Assembly (NCBI GenBank): GCA_946630785.1
Contig: CAMOZC010000003.1
Coordinates: 78-32,077 of the forward strand
Direction of reading: 5' to 3'
Length of the DNA stretch: 32,000 bases
Origin: an uncultured Clostridia bacterium
GTDB taxonomy: Bacteria; Bacillota; Clostridia; Christensenellales; UBA1242
The translations under genes and the position numbers were made by a program. The notes under the pieces were generated by a model that saw nothing but the letters and a program-made list of their open reading frames with translations, did no database searches and had not been told where the DNA came from. Below, piece by piece: positions 14,995 through 25,837 of the stretch. Numbering within the stretch: the first letter of the stretch is position 1; each line of letters begins with the position of its first letter.

Positions 14995-17976
14995 ATGGCA
15001 GATAACACTTTAATGCAAACTTTATTAAAACATTTTACCAAACGTCCATTAAATGAATTGCGTTCGGTAAACTTTGGTAAAAATATTTATTTGTATTTTA
15101 CTAAAAATTTTGACCCTGAAAAATATGCTGCCTATAACGAAAAAGATTTTGATGACCCAGTTAAGGGCTTGGCTATCACACGTGAATTGTTTAGAAAACA
15201 TCAAGAAATTCCAGATAATGTCATGGTTGACTTTTTGGTTGAGGCTTTTACCAAGGCCGATGAAAACATCATTGATTACAAAATGGTTGCTGATTTAGTA
15301 GAAAGTGATGCCTATAAAAGATATGGTACGCGTGCGGGAACCAGTACGTTTGATAAGAAACAAAATTTTGAAAGATGGTTAATTCATGATTCAACAATGT
15401 CATTGTCTAATATTCATAATATTAATCCGGTCGATGTTTATTTAAATCAAGATGCGATACTTCGTGTTGCAAGTGGTGTCGGCGGAAATGGAACCGCAAG
15501 GGGAAATGTTCGTGGCGAGGTTGTGAAGCAAATTGAATCTAGTGCCGAATATTTTAAGGATTACTTTGAAAACGCAGATGATGATGTATTTGAAAAATTA
15601 GCAACGATTTCAGAAAATGTAACAAATGATAGTTATATAACTCAAATCAAAAAAGTTTATGAAACTCTCTATGCTAAGGACGAAGGGTTTGGTATTGGTG
15701 TTATGGGAACCATGGTTAACAGCACTACTAAAGGTGCTAGTACCCGGGTTTTTAGTAATATGATGTCTACTGCCTGGGGCATGGAAACCAACAAGTTATT
15801 ATATGCTTTCTGTAAATATCATAATAAAACGGCAGAGTATGCGAATGTTTATGTTCCATATCCAATCGATGTGAACGCCGAAAAATTTAAACAAAATCTT
15901 GCTCAAAGCGGTTTAGATGCTGACAATGAACAAGGGAATACTCAAACACAACAAACTTCAACCACAAGCCTTGATAATGAACAAGAAGAAACTATTCAAT
16001 CAGTACAACAAAATTTAAACTCAACGACACAACAAGTGAATAAAAAATTGTATCCACGAAAGATTATGTCGCCATTTGTTGATGTTGCCATCACTTTCGG
16101 TGGTTCCGTGGTGGGTGCTACGGCGATTTCTGCGGTCTCTAAAATTAATCCACCACTTGGTTTAGCGCTTGGGGCTGCAATGTCAATTGGCGGTGGTGTT
16201 TATGGCGCTTGGAAAAAAGTTCAGGCAGAAAAGGAGTTAAATGGTGGTAAACCATTAACCAAAGAGCAGTACAGAAAAATTGGTTTAGAGTTTGCTGTTT
16301 CAACACTTACTACAGCATCTGCATTTATCATCCCGGCAAAATTAGGAGCAGCAGGCAAAAAATTAATGTCGCTTTGGCGTGTAGCTGGTGCGGCACATGT
16401 CGGTGTCAGAACATTCTTGAGTGACCTTGAAAGACGCTCAGACCTCCAATATACTCAGGCTGAATTAGAGGAATTACACAGAACTGAAAAACCGAAAGGA
16501 ATCGGAAAATTCATCGCAGGTATTGAACGTTTTGTGTTAGGGGTTAACCATAATACTTTTGATCGTATCGCGACAGATCTTCACGAAAAACGTTTGACAA
16601 AAACAGACCTTGCTAAATCATTTTTATATGGTTTAGGTAAAGGAACTGCTTTGGGAGTTGGTGGTAACATTGGTCGTGACTTAGGTGGAAAATTAGGTAC
16701 TGCAATTAATAATTTTGATTTAAACCATTTTAAAGATAATTTTGTTGCAACACCGGAAGAGTTACAGCGACAAGCTGAGCAACATTTAACTAAAAGTGCT
16801 GATGCAGATTTGAGTAATGATAAATTGTCCCCAGCACAGACTGATGGAAATGAAAGTCAAAAATCACCTTATGACCAGTATCGTGATGAGCAACAAAAAG
16901 CATATGAACAGTATTTACATAACCAACATGCACAAATGAATGATAATGGATTACATTTAACCGATGAAAACATGACGGCTATAAAAAATATTGGACATGT
17001 TGATTTAACTGATAAGGCAATGGCAACGGCTCATGTTGATAACCATCAACAATTTGTAAATACTGTACAACATGACTGGTACACGGTTGAACAGGAAAAA
17101 GCCGCGGTGGGTATTTTGCAACAAGCTGGTCTTAGCGAAGAAGATGCCTATGGTGTTTTACGTAAGGTAGGCAGTATGGCGCGCTTTGAAAGCGCTGGCG
17201 AAATCAGCATGGGCGGACATCAGAATACTTTGAATCACTTGTGTAACGGTTTGTTGTATGATAGTGATGTCGATAACATCATGGAAGCAATGAATAAAAT
17301 TGACCGTTTCGGCGGTTTAGAAGGTACTGAATATTTACAACACAATACGCCAGGTCCAAAAACTATTATTGATTATGATCCTAGTGCTGGCAATAGTGGA
17401 ACTACTCAACAATCAAGTCAAAGTACGTCAACTACAAAAACAACGTCAAGTTTCACAGATCAACATACACCAGGTCCAACGAGTATCAGTGATTATGATC
17501 CTAGTGCTAATGTTGAACCCACAGATGAGCAAACAACTCCGAATATACCAGTTCCAGAAACGTCGACAAACAACAATGAAACGCATGATGATTCAAATAC
17601 GCCAGGTCCGAAAAGTATCAGTGATTATGATCCTAGTGCTAATGTTGAATTTAATGGCGAACAGTTTGGACAGAATGTATCAGCTTCAGAAGTGCCGACA
17701 GAAACCGCCAGTGAGCAGGGTAATTCAAATACCCCTGGTCCAGATAGTATTGGGGAATATGGTATTTCAGGTAATAGCACTTCGCTTTTCGATTCGGATA
17801 GTTCGAAGTCGTTCTCGGATATTATGGGAAGCTCGCTTGATAAAAATCCTGTATATTTTGATTTCTCTGTTATTAATCCTGATGATAAGATTGAAGTTAA
17901 TCATTCTGATTTTGGAATAAATTTATTTAAGCCAATTGTACCATCAATTAACATCGACCCAAGCAGCGAAAAATAA
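14995..17976 (+). CDS. orphan 993-aa protein: globular N-region, Q/T/N-rich linker, glycine-zipper-like membrane segments, C-terminal 4x repeat
   Basis: Long uninterrupted ORF with codon usage like its neighbours. ATG 14995 preferred over TTG 14947. No N-terminal signal peptide. Hydrophobic G/A-rich segments at about nt 16063-16715. No family recognised by eye. Confidence 0.7.
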   Translation: MADNTLMQTLLKHFTKRPLNELRSVNFGKNIYLYFTKNFDPEKYAAYNEKDFDDPVKGLAITRELFRKHQEIPDNVMVDFLVEAFTKADENIIDYKMVADLVESDAYKRYGTRAGTSTFDKKQNFERWLIHDSTMSLSNIHNINPVDVYLNQDAILRVASGVGGNGTARGNVRGEVVKQIESSAEYFKDYFENADDDVFEKLATISENVTNDSYITQIKKVYETLYAKDEGFGIGVMGTMVNSTTKGASTRVFSNMMSTAWGMETNKLLYAFCKYHNKTAEYANVYVPYPIDVNAEKFKQNLAQSGLDADNEQGNTQTQQTSTTSLDNEQEETIQSVQQNLNSTTQQVNKKLYPRKIMSPFVDVAITFGGSVVGATAISAVSKINPPLGLALGAAMSIGGGVYGAWKKVQAEKELNGGKPLTKEQYRKIGLEFAVSTLTTASAFIIPAKLGAAGKKLMSLWRVAGAAHVGVRTFLSDLERRSDLQYTQAELEELHRTEKPKGIGKFIAGIERFVLGVNHNTFDRIATDLHEKRLTKTDLAKSFLYGLGKGTALGVGGNIGRDLGGKLGTAINNFDLNHFKDNFVATPEELQRQAEQHLTKSADADLSNDKLSPAQTDGNESQKSPYDQYRDEQQKAYEQYLHNQHAQMNDNGLHLTDENMTAIKNIGHVDLTDKAMATAHVDNHQQFVNTVQHDWYTVEQEKAAVGILQQAGLSEEDAYGVLRKVGSMARFESAGEISMGGHQNTLNHLCNGLLYDSDVDNIMEAMNKIDRFGGLEGTEYLQHNTPGPKTIIDYDPSAGNSGTTQQSSQSTSTTKTTSSFTDQHTPGPTSISDYDPSANVEPTDEQTTPNIPVPETSTNNNETHDDSNTPGPKSISDYDPSANVEFNGEQFGQNVSASEVPTETASEQGNSNTPGPDSIGEYGISGNSTSLFDSDSSKSFSDIMGSSLDKNPVYFDFSVINPDDKIEVNHSDFGINLFKPIVPSINIDPSSEK
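17344..17775 (+). repeat. four in-frame copies of an NTPGPxSIxDYDPSAN(VE) module, period 120-132 nt
   Basis: Copies start at 17344, 17464, 17596 and 17728. Copies 2 and 3 share ccaggtcc...agtatcagtgattatgatcctagtgctaatgttgaa almost identically at DNA level. Copy 4 is degenerate (NTPGPDSIGEYGISGN). Confidence 0.9.
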
Positions 17977-17978
17977 GC

Positions 17979-18016
17979 AATATAGCCAAGTTGATTCTTG
18001 GCTATATTTAATTTGT
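17979..18016 (+). terminator. terminator-like hairpin after the orphan gene
   Basis: AATATAGCCAA-gttgattc-TTGGCTATATT followed by TAATTTG (weak T tract). Confidence 0.5.
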
Positions 18017-18033
18017 AAATTATAAAAAAGTGT

Positions 18034-18062
18034 TTGACTTTCGATTGTAGATGTGCTATTTT
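18034..18062 (+). promoter_or_regulatory. SigA-type promoter of rpoB: TTGACT-17-(TGc)TATTTT
   Basis: TTGACT 18034-18039, 17-nt spacer ending TGc, TATTTT 18057-18062. About 65-nt leader with SD AAGGAAGG. Confidence 0.5.
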
Positions 18063-18135
18063 CTTTCTATTGTGTAATTTTGACTGGGCGGATTGAAATA
18101 AAGCCCGGCAAAAAATATATTTAAGGAAGGTAAAA

Positions 18136-21100
18136 ATGGCTGTTAATCTTAAAAAGACGGGACTTTTTAAGGACACCTATGGAAAGACGGAACGTATGAC
18201 ATTTCGTAAGGTTCCAGAGTTGCTCCCTGTCCCTTATCTTTTAGACATTCAAAAGGAGAGTTTTAAGCGTTTCATTGAAAAAGGAATTCGCGAAGTATTG
18301 GATGAATTCAATCCAATTACTGATTATTCAGGTAAATGCGAAGTTTACTTTTTGGACTACTATATTGGCGAAGATGCTAAATATAGTGAAAGCGAATGTT
18401 TACGTCGTGGACAAATGTACGTTAAACCATTGCGCGTAAAAGTTCGCGTTGTGTTTAAAGAAGATGCTGAAGGACACAAGACCAACGAAGTCATCGAACA
18501 AGATGTTTTCTTGGGTGATGTTCCTCAAATGACCGATAGTGGTTATTTCATCGTTAATGGTGTAGCGCGTGTTATTGTTAACCAAATTATCAAGAGTCCT
18601 AGTGTTTATTTCAATCGTTCAAAAGACCATAAAACTGGTAAAGAAATTATTGAATGCACAATGAGTCCAACGCATGGTGCTTACATCGAAATGACTAAGG
18701 ACGTAAATAACGTGATTTTTGTCAGCCCAAACAAGGCTAACAAAGTTAATTTGATTACGTTCTTGCGTGCATTGGATCTTGGTAGTGATCAAGAATTGTT
18801 GGATACTTTTGCACATCATCCAGTTTTAAAAGCTACAATTGAAAAAGCTAATGATGGCGGTGAACAAATTTCTAAAGAAAAAGCTTTGTTGGAATTGTCA
18901 CGTAAAATGCGTCCATCTGAATTGCCAAATGCTGAAGTCATGGAATCTGGATTGAATAACATGTTCTTTACCTTCCCAAATTATGACTTGGCAGTTGTTG
19001 GTCGTTATAAATTCAATAAAAAACTATGCATTAGTAGCCGTATCTTAAAACATATTGCTGCTGAAGATATTAAAATTGACGGCAAGGTTGTTGTTCCTCA
19101 TGATACTGAAATCAGCAAAGAAATGGCTGACAAGATTCAAAATGCTGGTATCAACGTTGTTGAAATTAAAAATGAACTTGGCGATGCCGTACAGGTTATT
19201 GGTAACAACCGTGTTAACGTTAATATGTATTTAGGTTGTACTGAATTTGATACTGGTATTAAAGAATTGGTTCACTATCCAACTTTGTTAAAAGTATTGG
19301 AAGGTAAGAATACTAAGGCTGAAAAAATTCAAGCTGTTAAAGAGAACGCTAAAGAATTGGTAATGCGTCATTTACATCGTGATGATATTATTGCTTCAAT
19401 TTCTTACTTGCTAAACATGTGCGATGGTGTTGGCTATGAAGATAATATTGACCACTTGGGTAACCGTCGTTTAAATACCGTTGGTGATTTGATGGCTCGT
19501 CACTTCAAAGATGGTATGTTGAAATTACGTAATAGTATGCGTGAAACCATGCAAACTATGGAAATCAACAGTAAATCAATTAACCCATTGAACATTATTA
19601 ATGCAAAAGCAATTACTCGTTCATTACGTGATTTCTGTGCGGTTTCTCAATTATCACACGTGATGGATACTAACAACCCATTAACTGAAATTACGCAAAA
19701 ACGTAAAATCACAGCGGTTGGTCCGGGTGGTATTGTTAAGGAACGTGCTACTAGTGAAGTTCGTGACTTGCACTATACTCACAATGGTCGTTTGTGTGCG
19801 GTTGAAACTCCTGAAGGTCAATCAATTGGTTTGGTTAATAGCTTGGCAATGTATGCACGCATTAACGAATATGGATTTATTACTGCGCCATTGCGTCGTA
19901 TTGATAAGGCAACTGGCAAAGTTACTGATGTCGTTGATTATTTAACTGCTGATGAAGAAGATGCGTTCTATGTTGCTCAAGCAACTGAACCATTGGATGA
20001 AAATGGCTGCTTGTTGCATGAATTTGTAACTTGCCGTCACCGTGACGTTATTTTGGATATGCCACGTGAAAGTGTTGATTATGTTGATGCAAGTCCACGT
20101 CAATTCGTTTCATTAGCAACTGCATTGATTCCTTTCTTGAGTAATGATGATACTGGTCGTGCTTTGTTGGGTTCAAACATGCAACGTCAAGCTGTATCTT
20201 TAATCAAGACTGAAGTTCCATTGGTTGCAACAGGTTTGGAACACCGTGCTGCTTTAGATAGTAACGTGATGTTAACTGCGAAGGCGGCCGGTACAGTTAT
20301 TTCTGTAACTGGTGACCAAATCGTTATTGAACGTGATGATAATCATGAACATGATTTCTATAAATTAACTAAATTCACCCGTTATAATGAAGAAGCATGT
20401 ATTAACCAAAAACCAATTGTTCGCAAGGGGGATAAGGTTAAGGCTGGTGAAATCATTACTGATGGTTATGCAACCTGTAATGGTGAATTAGCAATTGGTA
20501 AAAACATGTGTGTTGCTTACATGAACTGGGAAGGGTATAACTTTGAGGATGCGATTTTGATTTCTGAACGTGTTGTTAAGGAAGACAAATTCACCTCAAT
20601 CGCTTTACACTTGAAAGAATGTAAAGTTCGTACAACTAAATTAGGTGATGAAGAAATCACCCGTGATATTCCAAACTTAAGCGAAGATGCTTTGGCTAAC
20701 TTGGATGAACGTGGTATTGTTCGTGTTGGTTCATTTGTCCGTACTGGTGATATTTTGGTTGGTAAAGTTACACCAAAGGGTGAATCTGAATTAACTCCTG
20801 AAGAACGTTTGTTACGTGCTATCTTTGGTGAAAAATCTCGTGAAGTCCGCGACTCATCATTGCGTGTGGAAAATGGTAAAGACGGTGTTGTTGTTGCTGT
20901 TGAATGCTTCAGCCGTAAGAACCATGATGAAATGGATGTTGGTGTTAACGAAATTATTAAAGTTACCATCGCACAAAAACGTAATATTAAAGTCGGTGAT
21001 AAGATGACAGGACGTCATGGTAACAAGGGTATTGTTTCTAAGATTTTACCGGTTGAAGATATGCCTTACATGGCCGATGGTACTCCTGTTGATATCGTCC

Positions 21101-21858
21101 TTAACCCATTGGGTGTTCCTTCTCGTTTGAATATTGGACAGTTGTTGGAAGTCTCGCTTGGTTTAGTTGCTAAGACTTTGGGTTGGAAAGTTGCAACTCC
21201 AGTATTCAACGGTGCTAACGAAAATGATATTCAAGAATTGTTACGTAAGAATGGCTTACCAGAAGATGGTAAGATGCAATTGTACGATGGACGTACTGGT
21301 GAACCATTTGAAAACCGTACGACAGTTGGTTACATGTACATGTTAAAATTGCATCACATGGTTGATACCAAGATTCATGCTCGTTCAACTGGTGCTTATA
21401 GTTTGGTTACTCAACAACCTTTGGGTGGTAAAGCTCAATTTGGTGGCCAACGTATGGGTGAAATGGAAGTATGGGCTTTGGAAGCTTATGGTGCCGCTCA
21501 CATCTTGCAAGAAATGTTGACTGTTAAATCCGATGATGTTCAAGGTCGTACTAAAACATACGTTTCAATCGTTAATGGTACTAAATTGCCAGATCCAGGC
21601 ATTCCTGAAGCAAGTAAAGTTATGATCCGTGAATTACAAGGTCTTGGATTTGATGTTGGTATTTATACTGCTGATAAGAAAGAAGTTGAATTGGAAAAGA
21701 TTGATGCTTTGGTTGATGATACTGAAATGTTGGCTAATGCAGAATCTGAAAATAAACAAGACAATGAAGCCGAAATTGAATTTAACCAAGAACAAGTTGA
21801 AGAACCCGCTGCTGATGACTTAGAAATGTTCGATATTGAACAATTGTTTGAGGAATAA
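18136..21858 (+). CDS. rpoB: DNA-directed RNA polymerase subunit beta (acidic C-terminal tail)
   Basis: Unambiguous RpoB motifs throughout ([41 protein letters not shown]). Confidence 0.98.
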   Translation: MAVNLKKTGLFKDTYGKTERMTFRKVPELLPVPYLLDIQKESFKRFIEKGIREVLDEFNPITDYSGKCEVYFLDYYIGEDAKYSESECLRRGQMYVKPLRVKVRVVFKEDAEGHKTNEVIEQDVFLGDVPQMTDSGYFIVNGVARVIVNQIIKSPSVYFNRSKDHKTGKEIIECTMSPTHGAYIEMTKDVNNVIFVSPNKANKVNLITFLRALDLGSDQELLDTFAHHPVLKATIEKANDGGEQISKEKALLELSRKMRPSELPNAEVMESGLNNMFFTFPNYDLAVVGRYKFNKKLCISSRILKHIAAEDIKIDGKVVVPHDTEISKEMADKIQNAGINVVEIKNELGDAVQVIGNNRVNVNMYLGCTEFDTGIKELVHYPTLLKVLEGKNTKAEKIQAVKENAKELVMRHLHRDDIIASISYLLNMCDGVGYEDNIDHLGNRRLNTVGDLMARHFKDGMLKLRNSMRETMQTMEINSKSINPLNIINAKAITRSLRDFCAVSQLSHVMDTNNPLTEITQKRKITAVGPGGIVKERATSEVRDLHYTHNGRLCAVETPEGQSIGLVNSLAMYARINEYGFITAPLRRIDKATGKVTDVVDYLTADEEDAFYVAQATEPLDENGCLLHEFVTCRHRDVILDMPRESVDYVDASPRQFVSLATALIPFLSNDDTGRALLGSNMQRQAVSLIKTEVPLVATGLEHRAALDSNVMLTAKAAGTVISVTGDQIVIERDDNHEHDFYKLTKFTRYNEEACINQKPIVRKGDKVKAGEIITDGYATCNGELAIGKNMCVAYMNWEGYNFEDAILISERVVKEDKFTSIALHLKECKVRTTKLGDEEITRDIPNLSEDALANLDERGIVRVGSFVRTGDILVGKVTPKGESELTPEERLLRAIFGEKSREVRDSSLRVENGKDGVVVAVECFSRKNHDEMDVGVNEIIKVTIAQKRNIKVGDKMTGRHGNKGIVSKILPVEDMPYMADGTPVDIVLNPLGVPSRLNIGQLLEVSLGLVAKTLGWKVATPVFNGANENDIQELLRKNGLPEDGKMQLYDGRTGEPFENRTTVGYMYMLKLHHMVDTKIHARSTGAYSLVTQQPLGGKAQFGGQRMGEMEVWALEAYGAAHILQEMLTVKSDDVQGRTKTYVSIVNGTKLPDPGIPEASKVMIRELQGLGFDVGIYTADKKEVELEKIDALVDDTEMLANAESENKQDNEAEIEFNQEQVEEPAADDLEMFDIEQLFEE

Positions 21859-21878
21859 GAAGGAGAAGGAAAAAGAAA

Positions 21879-24800
21879 ATGTTTGAGTTAAATAATTTTG
21901 AAAGTTTAAAAATTAGTATTGCCAGCCCTGATAAAATCAGGGAATGGAGTCATGGTGAGGTTACCAAACCAGAAACGATTAACTATCGTACTCAAAAACC
22001 AGAAAAAGATGGTTTGTTTTGTGAACGCATCTTCGGTCCTAAAAAAGATTGGCAATGTTCTTGCGGTAAATATAAATTAATCCGCTACAAAGGTACCATT
22101 TGCGATAAGTGCGGTGTTGAAGTTACTCGTTCAATCGTACGTCGTGAACGTATGGGACATATTGAGTTAGCAGCTCCAGTTGTTCACATCTGGTATTTCA
22201 AAGGTGTTCCTTCGAAGATTGGTACATTGTTAAATATGACCATTAAAAATTTGGAACAAGTTATTTATTTCGTATCCTTCGTCGTTATTGATCCATGTAA
22301 AACCACTTTAACTTATGGTCAAATTTTGTCTGATCGTGAATTGCACGAAGCATTGGAAAAATTTGGTCCTGAATCGTTTAAATATGGTATGGGTGCCGAA
22401 GCAATCAAGACCATGTTGGCTGCGCTTGATTTAGATAAGGAAATTAAAGAATGTAACGAAATCATTGCTACTGGCAAAGGTGCAAAACGTGAAAAAGCCA
22501 TTAAACGTTTGGATTTGTTGGAATCATTCAAAAACAGTGGCAATCGTCCAGAATGGATGGTATTTGATGTTTTACCAGTAACTCCTCCAGAATTACGTCC
22601 AATGGTTCAAATTGACGGTGGTCGTTTCGCAACAACCGATGTTAACGATTTGTATCGCCGCGTAATTAACCGTAACAACCGTTTGAAAAAATTAATTTCT
22701 TTGGGTGCTCCTGAAGTTATTATTCGTAACGAGAAACGTATGTTACAAGAGGCTGTTGATGCTTTGATTGATAATGGCCGCCGTGGTAAACCAGTTCAAG
22801 GTGCTAAAGGCCGTCCACTAAAATCATTGGCTGAAGGCTTACGTGGTAAACAAGGTCGTTTCCGTAACAACTTGCTTGGTAAACGTGTTGACTATTCAGG
22901 TCGTACCGTTATCGTTGTCGGTCCAGAATTAAAACACTATCAAGTTGGTTTGCCAAAAGAAATGGCATTGGAATTGTTCAAACCATTCGTTATGAAGAAA
23001 TTGGTTGATATGGGCTTGGCTCATCACAGCCGTAGTGCAAAACGTTTAATTGAACGTGAAAAACCACAAGTTTGGGATATCTTGGAAGAAGTCGTTCGTG
23101 ACCATCCTGTTTTGTTAAACCGTCAACCTACGTTGCATAAATTGTCAATTCAAGCGTTTGAACCAGTTTTGATTGATGGTCGTGCAATCCGTTTACACCC
23201 ATTAGTTTGTACCGCATTCAACGCCGACTTTGATGGTGACCAAATGACTGTTCACGTTCCATTGTCACCAGAAGCACAGGCTGAAGCACGTATCTTAATG
23301 TTGGCATCAAATAACATTTTGAAACCAAGTGATTCAAAATCAGTTGTTACTCCGACACAGGATATTATTTTAGGTTGTTACTATATGACTTTGCAAATTG
23401 ATGGTGCAAAGGGTGAGGGTAACGTTTATAAAGACGAAAACGAAGCAATTTATGCTTATAACGTTGGTGAATTGGATTTGCATGCTAAGATTCAAGTTCG
23501 TCGTTCTAACTTTGAAATTGAAGGTAACATGGACGAAGTTGAAGAATTTGGCCGTGTAGAAACCACTGTTGGTCGTATTTTGTTCAACCAATGCTTCCCG
23601 CAAGATATTGGTATTGTTGATCGTAGCAAACCAGAAAATAAATTTGCTTACGAATATAATAAAGAAGTTGTTAAGAAAGATATTAACAATTTGATTGTTA
23701 AAATCTTTGAAGTTCATGGTGCTACTGTAACTAGTGAATCAATTGATAAGATTAAGACCGTAGGTTTCAAATATTCTACTTTAGGTTCAATCTCGTTGTC
23801 AGTCTTTGATGCAACTATCCCAGCCGACCGTGAACAAATCATTAAAGATACCGAAGCAAAAGTTAAGAAAATTGAAAAAGCTTATGCAGAAGGTGAGTTA
23901 AGTCTTGATGAAAAATTGGATCGTAACATCGCTTTATGGAAAGAAGCTACTGAAAAGATTCAAGAAGATGTTATTAATGTCTTAGATAAGACCAACCCAA
24001 TTAAGATGATGGCAACATCTGGTGCACGTGGTTCTAACAAACAGATTATGCAGTTGTCTGGTATGCGTGGTATTATTGCGAACGTTTCTGGACAAAAAGA
24101 GGACGTTCCAACCAAGGGTTGTTATCGTTTAGGTTTGTCTCCATTAGAATACTTCTTGTCATCTCGTGGTGGTCGTAAAGGTTTGGCTGATACCGCTTTG
24201 AAAACATCCGATGCTGGTTATTTGACTCGTCGTTTGGTTGATGTCGCTCAAGATGTTATTGTTACCGAAGAAGATTGTTTCGCTACTTTGGGTGAAAAGC
24301 CAAAGGGTATGGTAATGACTGAATTACGCATGGATGGTTATGTAAAGCATTTGGCTAGCCGTATTAAAGGTCGTTACGCTGTACATGACGTTATTGATCC
24401 AAAAACGAAAGAAGTATTGGTACATGCTGATACTATGATTACTGACAAAGTTGCTGAACAGATTGAAGCAGTTGGTATTAAAGAAGTTGAAATTCGTAGC
24501 GTATTGACTTGTAAATGTAAACATGGTGTCTGCGCTAAATGTTATGGTCGCGACATGAGTGGTCACGAATTGGTAAGTGTTGGTGAACCAGTTGGTATTA
24601 TCGCGGCACAATCAATTGGTGAACCTGGTACACAGTTAACCATGCGTACCAAACACAGTGGTGGTATTGCGGTTTCAAACATTACCGAAGGTTTGCCACG
24701 TGTTGAAGAAATTTTGGAAGCACGTGTTCCAAAGGGCGTCGCTTTGGTTAGTGATGTTGGTGGTACTGTTGTTGCGGTTAACCAAGTTGAAAAGCGTGTT

Positions 24801-25406
24801 GAAGTTGTGATTAAGACTAACGAAGGTAAAGAAGTTCCATACTTAATCCCTGCAAGTATGAAAGTGACAGCAAAGAAAGGTGACGTGGTTGAACCAGGTT
24901 CGGCATTGACTGAAGGTGTCTTTAACCCACACGATATCTTACGTAACAAAGGTATCAAAGCTGTACAAGATTACTTGATTACTGAAATTATTAAGGTTTA
25001 TAAAACACAAGATATTTCAATTAATAACAAACATTTGGAAATAATTGTAAGACAGATGTTAAAGAAAGTTAAGATTGAAGATGCTGGTGATACTGACTTC
25101 CAAATTGGTTCAGTCGTCGACGTTATTGAATTTGAACACAAAAACTTGTTGGCAATCAATGATGGCAAGAAACCAGCTCGTGCAACACGTGTGTTGTTGC
25201 CAATTACTAAAGCCGCATTGCGCACAGACAGTTTCTTGTCGGCTGCATCCTTCCAAGAAACCAGTTCAGTATTGGTTGATGCCGCTGTTAAGAATAAAGT
25301 TGACCACTTGCTGGGACTTAAAGAAAATGTTATCTTTGGTAAGTTGATTCCAGCTGGTACAGGTATGAAATTTTATCAAAATGTAGGGTACAAAAATGTT
25401 AAATAA
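21879..25406 (+). CDS. rpoC: DNA-directed RNA polymerase subunit beta-prime
   Basis: Zn-finger CSCGKY...CDKCGVEV, catalytic NADFDGDQM, trigger-loop and bridge-helix segments. Confidence 0.98.
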   Translation: MFELNNFESLKISIASPDKIREWSHGEVTKPETINYRTQKPEKDGLFCERIFGPKKDWQCSCGKYKLIRYKGTICDKCGVEVTRSIVRRERMGHIELAAPVVHIWYFKGVPSKIGTLLNMTIKNLEQVIYFVSFVVIDPCKTTLTYGQILSDRELHEALEKFGPESFKYGMGAEAIKTMLAALDLDKEIKECNEIIATGKGAKREKAIKRLDLLESFKNSGNRPEWMVFDVLPVTPPELRPMVQIDGGRFATTDVNDLYRRVINRNNRLKKLISLGAPEVIIRNEKRMLQEAVDALIDNGRRGKPVQGAKGRPLKSLAEGLRGKQGRFRNNLLGKRVDYSGRTVIVVGPELKHYQVGLPKEMALELFKPFVMKKLVDMGLAHHSRSAKRLIEREKPQVWDILEEVVRDHPVLLNRQPTLHKLSIQAFEPVLIDGRAIRLHPLVCTAFNADFDGDQMTVHVPLSPEAQAEARILMLASNNILKPSDSKSVVTPTQDIILGCYYMTLQIDGAKGEGNVYKDENEAIYAYNVGELDLHAKIQVRRSNFEIEGNMDEVEEFGRVETTVGRILFNQCFPQDIGIVDRSKPENKFAYEYNKEVVKKDINNLIVKIFEVHGATVTSESIDKIKTVGFKYSTLGSISLSVFDATIPADREQIIKDTEAKVKKIEKAYAEGELSLDEKLDRNIALWKEATEKIQEDVINVLDKTNPIKMMATSGARGSNKQIMQLSGMRGIIANVSGQKEDVPTKGCYRLGLSPLEYFLSSRGGRKGLADTALKTSDAGYLTRRLVDVAQDVIVTEEDCFATLGEKPKGMVMTELRMDGYVKHLASRIKGRYAVHDVIDPKTKEVLVHADTMITDKVAEQIEAVGIKEVEIRSVLTCKCKHGVCAKCYGRDMSGHELVSVGEPVGIIAAQSIGEPGTQLTMRTKHSGGIAVSNITEGLPRVEEILEARVPKGVALVSDVGGTVVAVNQVEKRVEVVIKTNEGKEVPYLIPASMKVTAKKGDVVEPGSALTEGVFNPHDILRNKGIKAVQDYLITEIIKVYKTQDISINNKHLEIIVRQMLKKVKIEDAGDTDFQIGSVVDVIEFEHKNLLAINDGKKPARATRVLLPITKAALRTDSFLSAASFQETSSVLVDAAVKNKVDHLLGLKENVIFGKLIPAGTGMKFYQNVGYKNVK

Positions 25407-25731
25407 TTGGTTTAATTTATTATTGGCTCCGACGGAACGCCCTAAGTGGATTGGGGACAGTTTCCCGGTTATTCAAGGTATTATCATTGCTTTGATTAGT
25501 TTATTAAGTATCGTAATGGTGGTGGCAATTTTGGTGTCACCTCCGGACAGCGGTACTGGTACAAATGCAATTACAGGTGCTAGCGAAAGTTACTACACGA
25601 AAAATCGTAACAAAAATAATCTGGGACGTATTCGTAATTTGATTATTATTTGTGCAATTTCAATCGCAGTATTAACCATTATTTTCTTTATTTTGTTCGG
25701 TATCTTCAATATGAGTGGTGCTGCTGAATAA
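25396..25731 (+). CDS. secG: SecG-like preprotein translocase subunit (with about 20-aa N-terminal extension)
   Basis: Two TM helices flanking a G/S/T-rich loop. [25 protein letters not shown]...[18 protein letters not shown] aligns by eye to B. subtilis SecG [24 protein letters not shown]...LNRLTIILSILFFVL. Start overlaps the rpoC end by 11 nt. Confidence 0.6.
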   Translation: MLNNWFNLLLAPTERPKWIGDSFPVIQGIIIALISLLSIVMVVAILVSPPDSGTGTNAITGASESYYTKNRNKNNLGRIRNLIIICAISIAVLTIIFFILFGIFNMSGAAE

Positions 25732-25734
25732 GGC

Positions 25735-25770
25735 TAAAAAAGTTTCGCCAAATGACGAAACTTTTTTCTT
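25735..25770 (+). terminator. Rho-independent terminator after secG-like gene
   Basis: AAAAAAGTTTCG-ccaaatga-CGAAACTTTTTT followed by CTTTT. Confidence 0.8.
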
Positions 25771-25797
25771 TTGTAAAATAGAAATAAAGTGTTATAC
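25770..25797 (+). promoter_or_regulatory. SigA-type promoter of the lipoprotein gene: TTGTAA-16-(TGt)TATACT
   Basis: TTGTAA 25770-25775, TGt 25789-25791, TATACT 25792-25797. About 35-nt leader with SD AAAGGAG. Confidence 0.5.
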
Positions 25798-25837
25798 TAA
25801 TAGTACAGTTAAATATTAAAAATAAAAGGAGTTTATT

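Noticed and set aside
17369-17920. 183-aa alternative-frame ORF across the repeat region of the orphan gene
   Set aside because: It is the +1 frame of the repeat-bearing ORF. The repeats keep it open, and only the main frame gives a conserved peptide motif and continuity with the upstream 800 codons.
20517-20969. 150-aa minus-strand ORF inside rpoB (similar ones at 18400-18585 and 18619-18819)
   Set aside because: Entirely antisense to an unambiguous rpoB reading frame. S/T/R/P-rich translation typical of shadow ORFs opposite codon-biased genes. No promoter or SD.
23370-24958. Minus-strand ORFs of 95-131 aa inside rpoC (23370-23717, 24324-24611, 24563-24958)
   Set aside because: Antisense shadow ORFs within rpoC. 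Low-complexity F/N/T-rich products with no start context.
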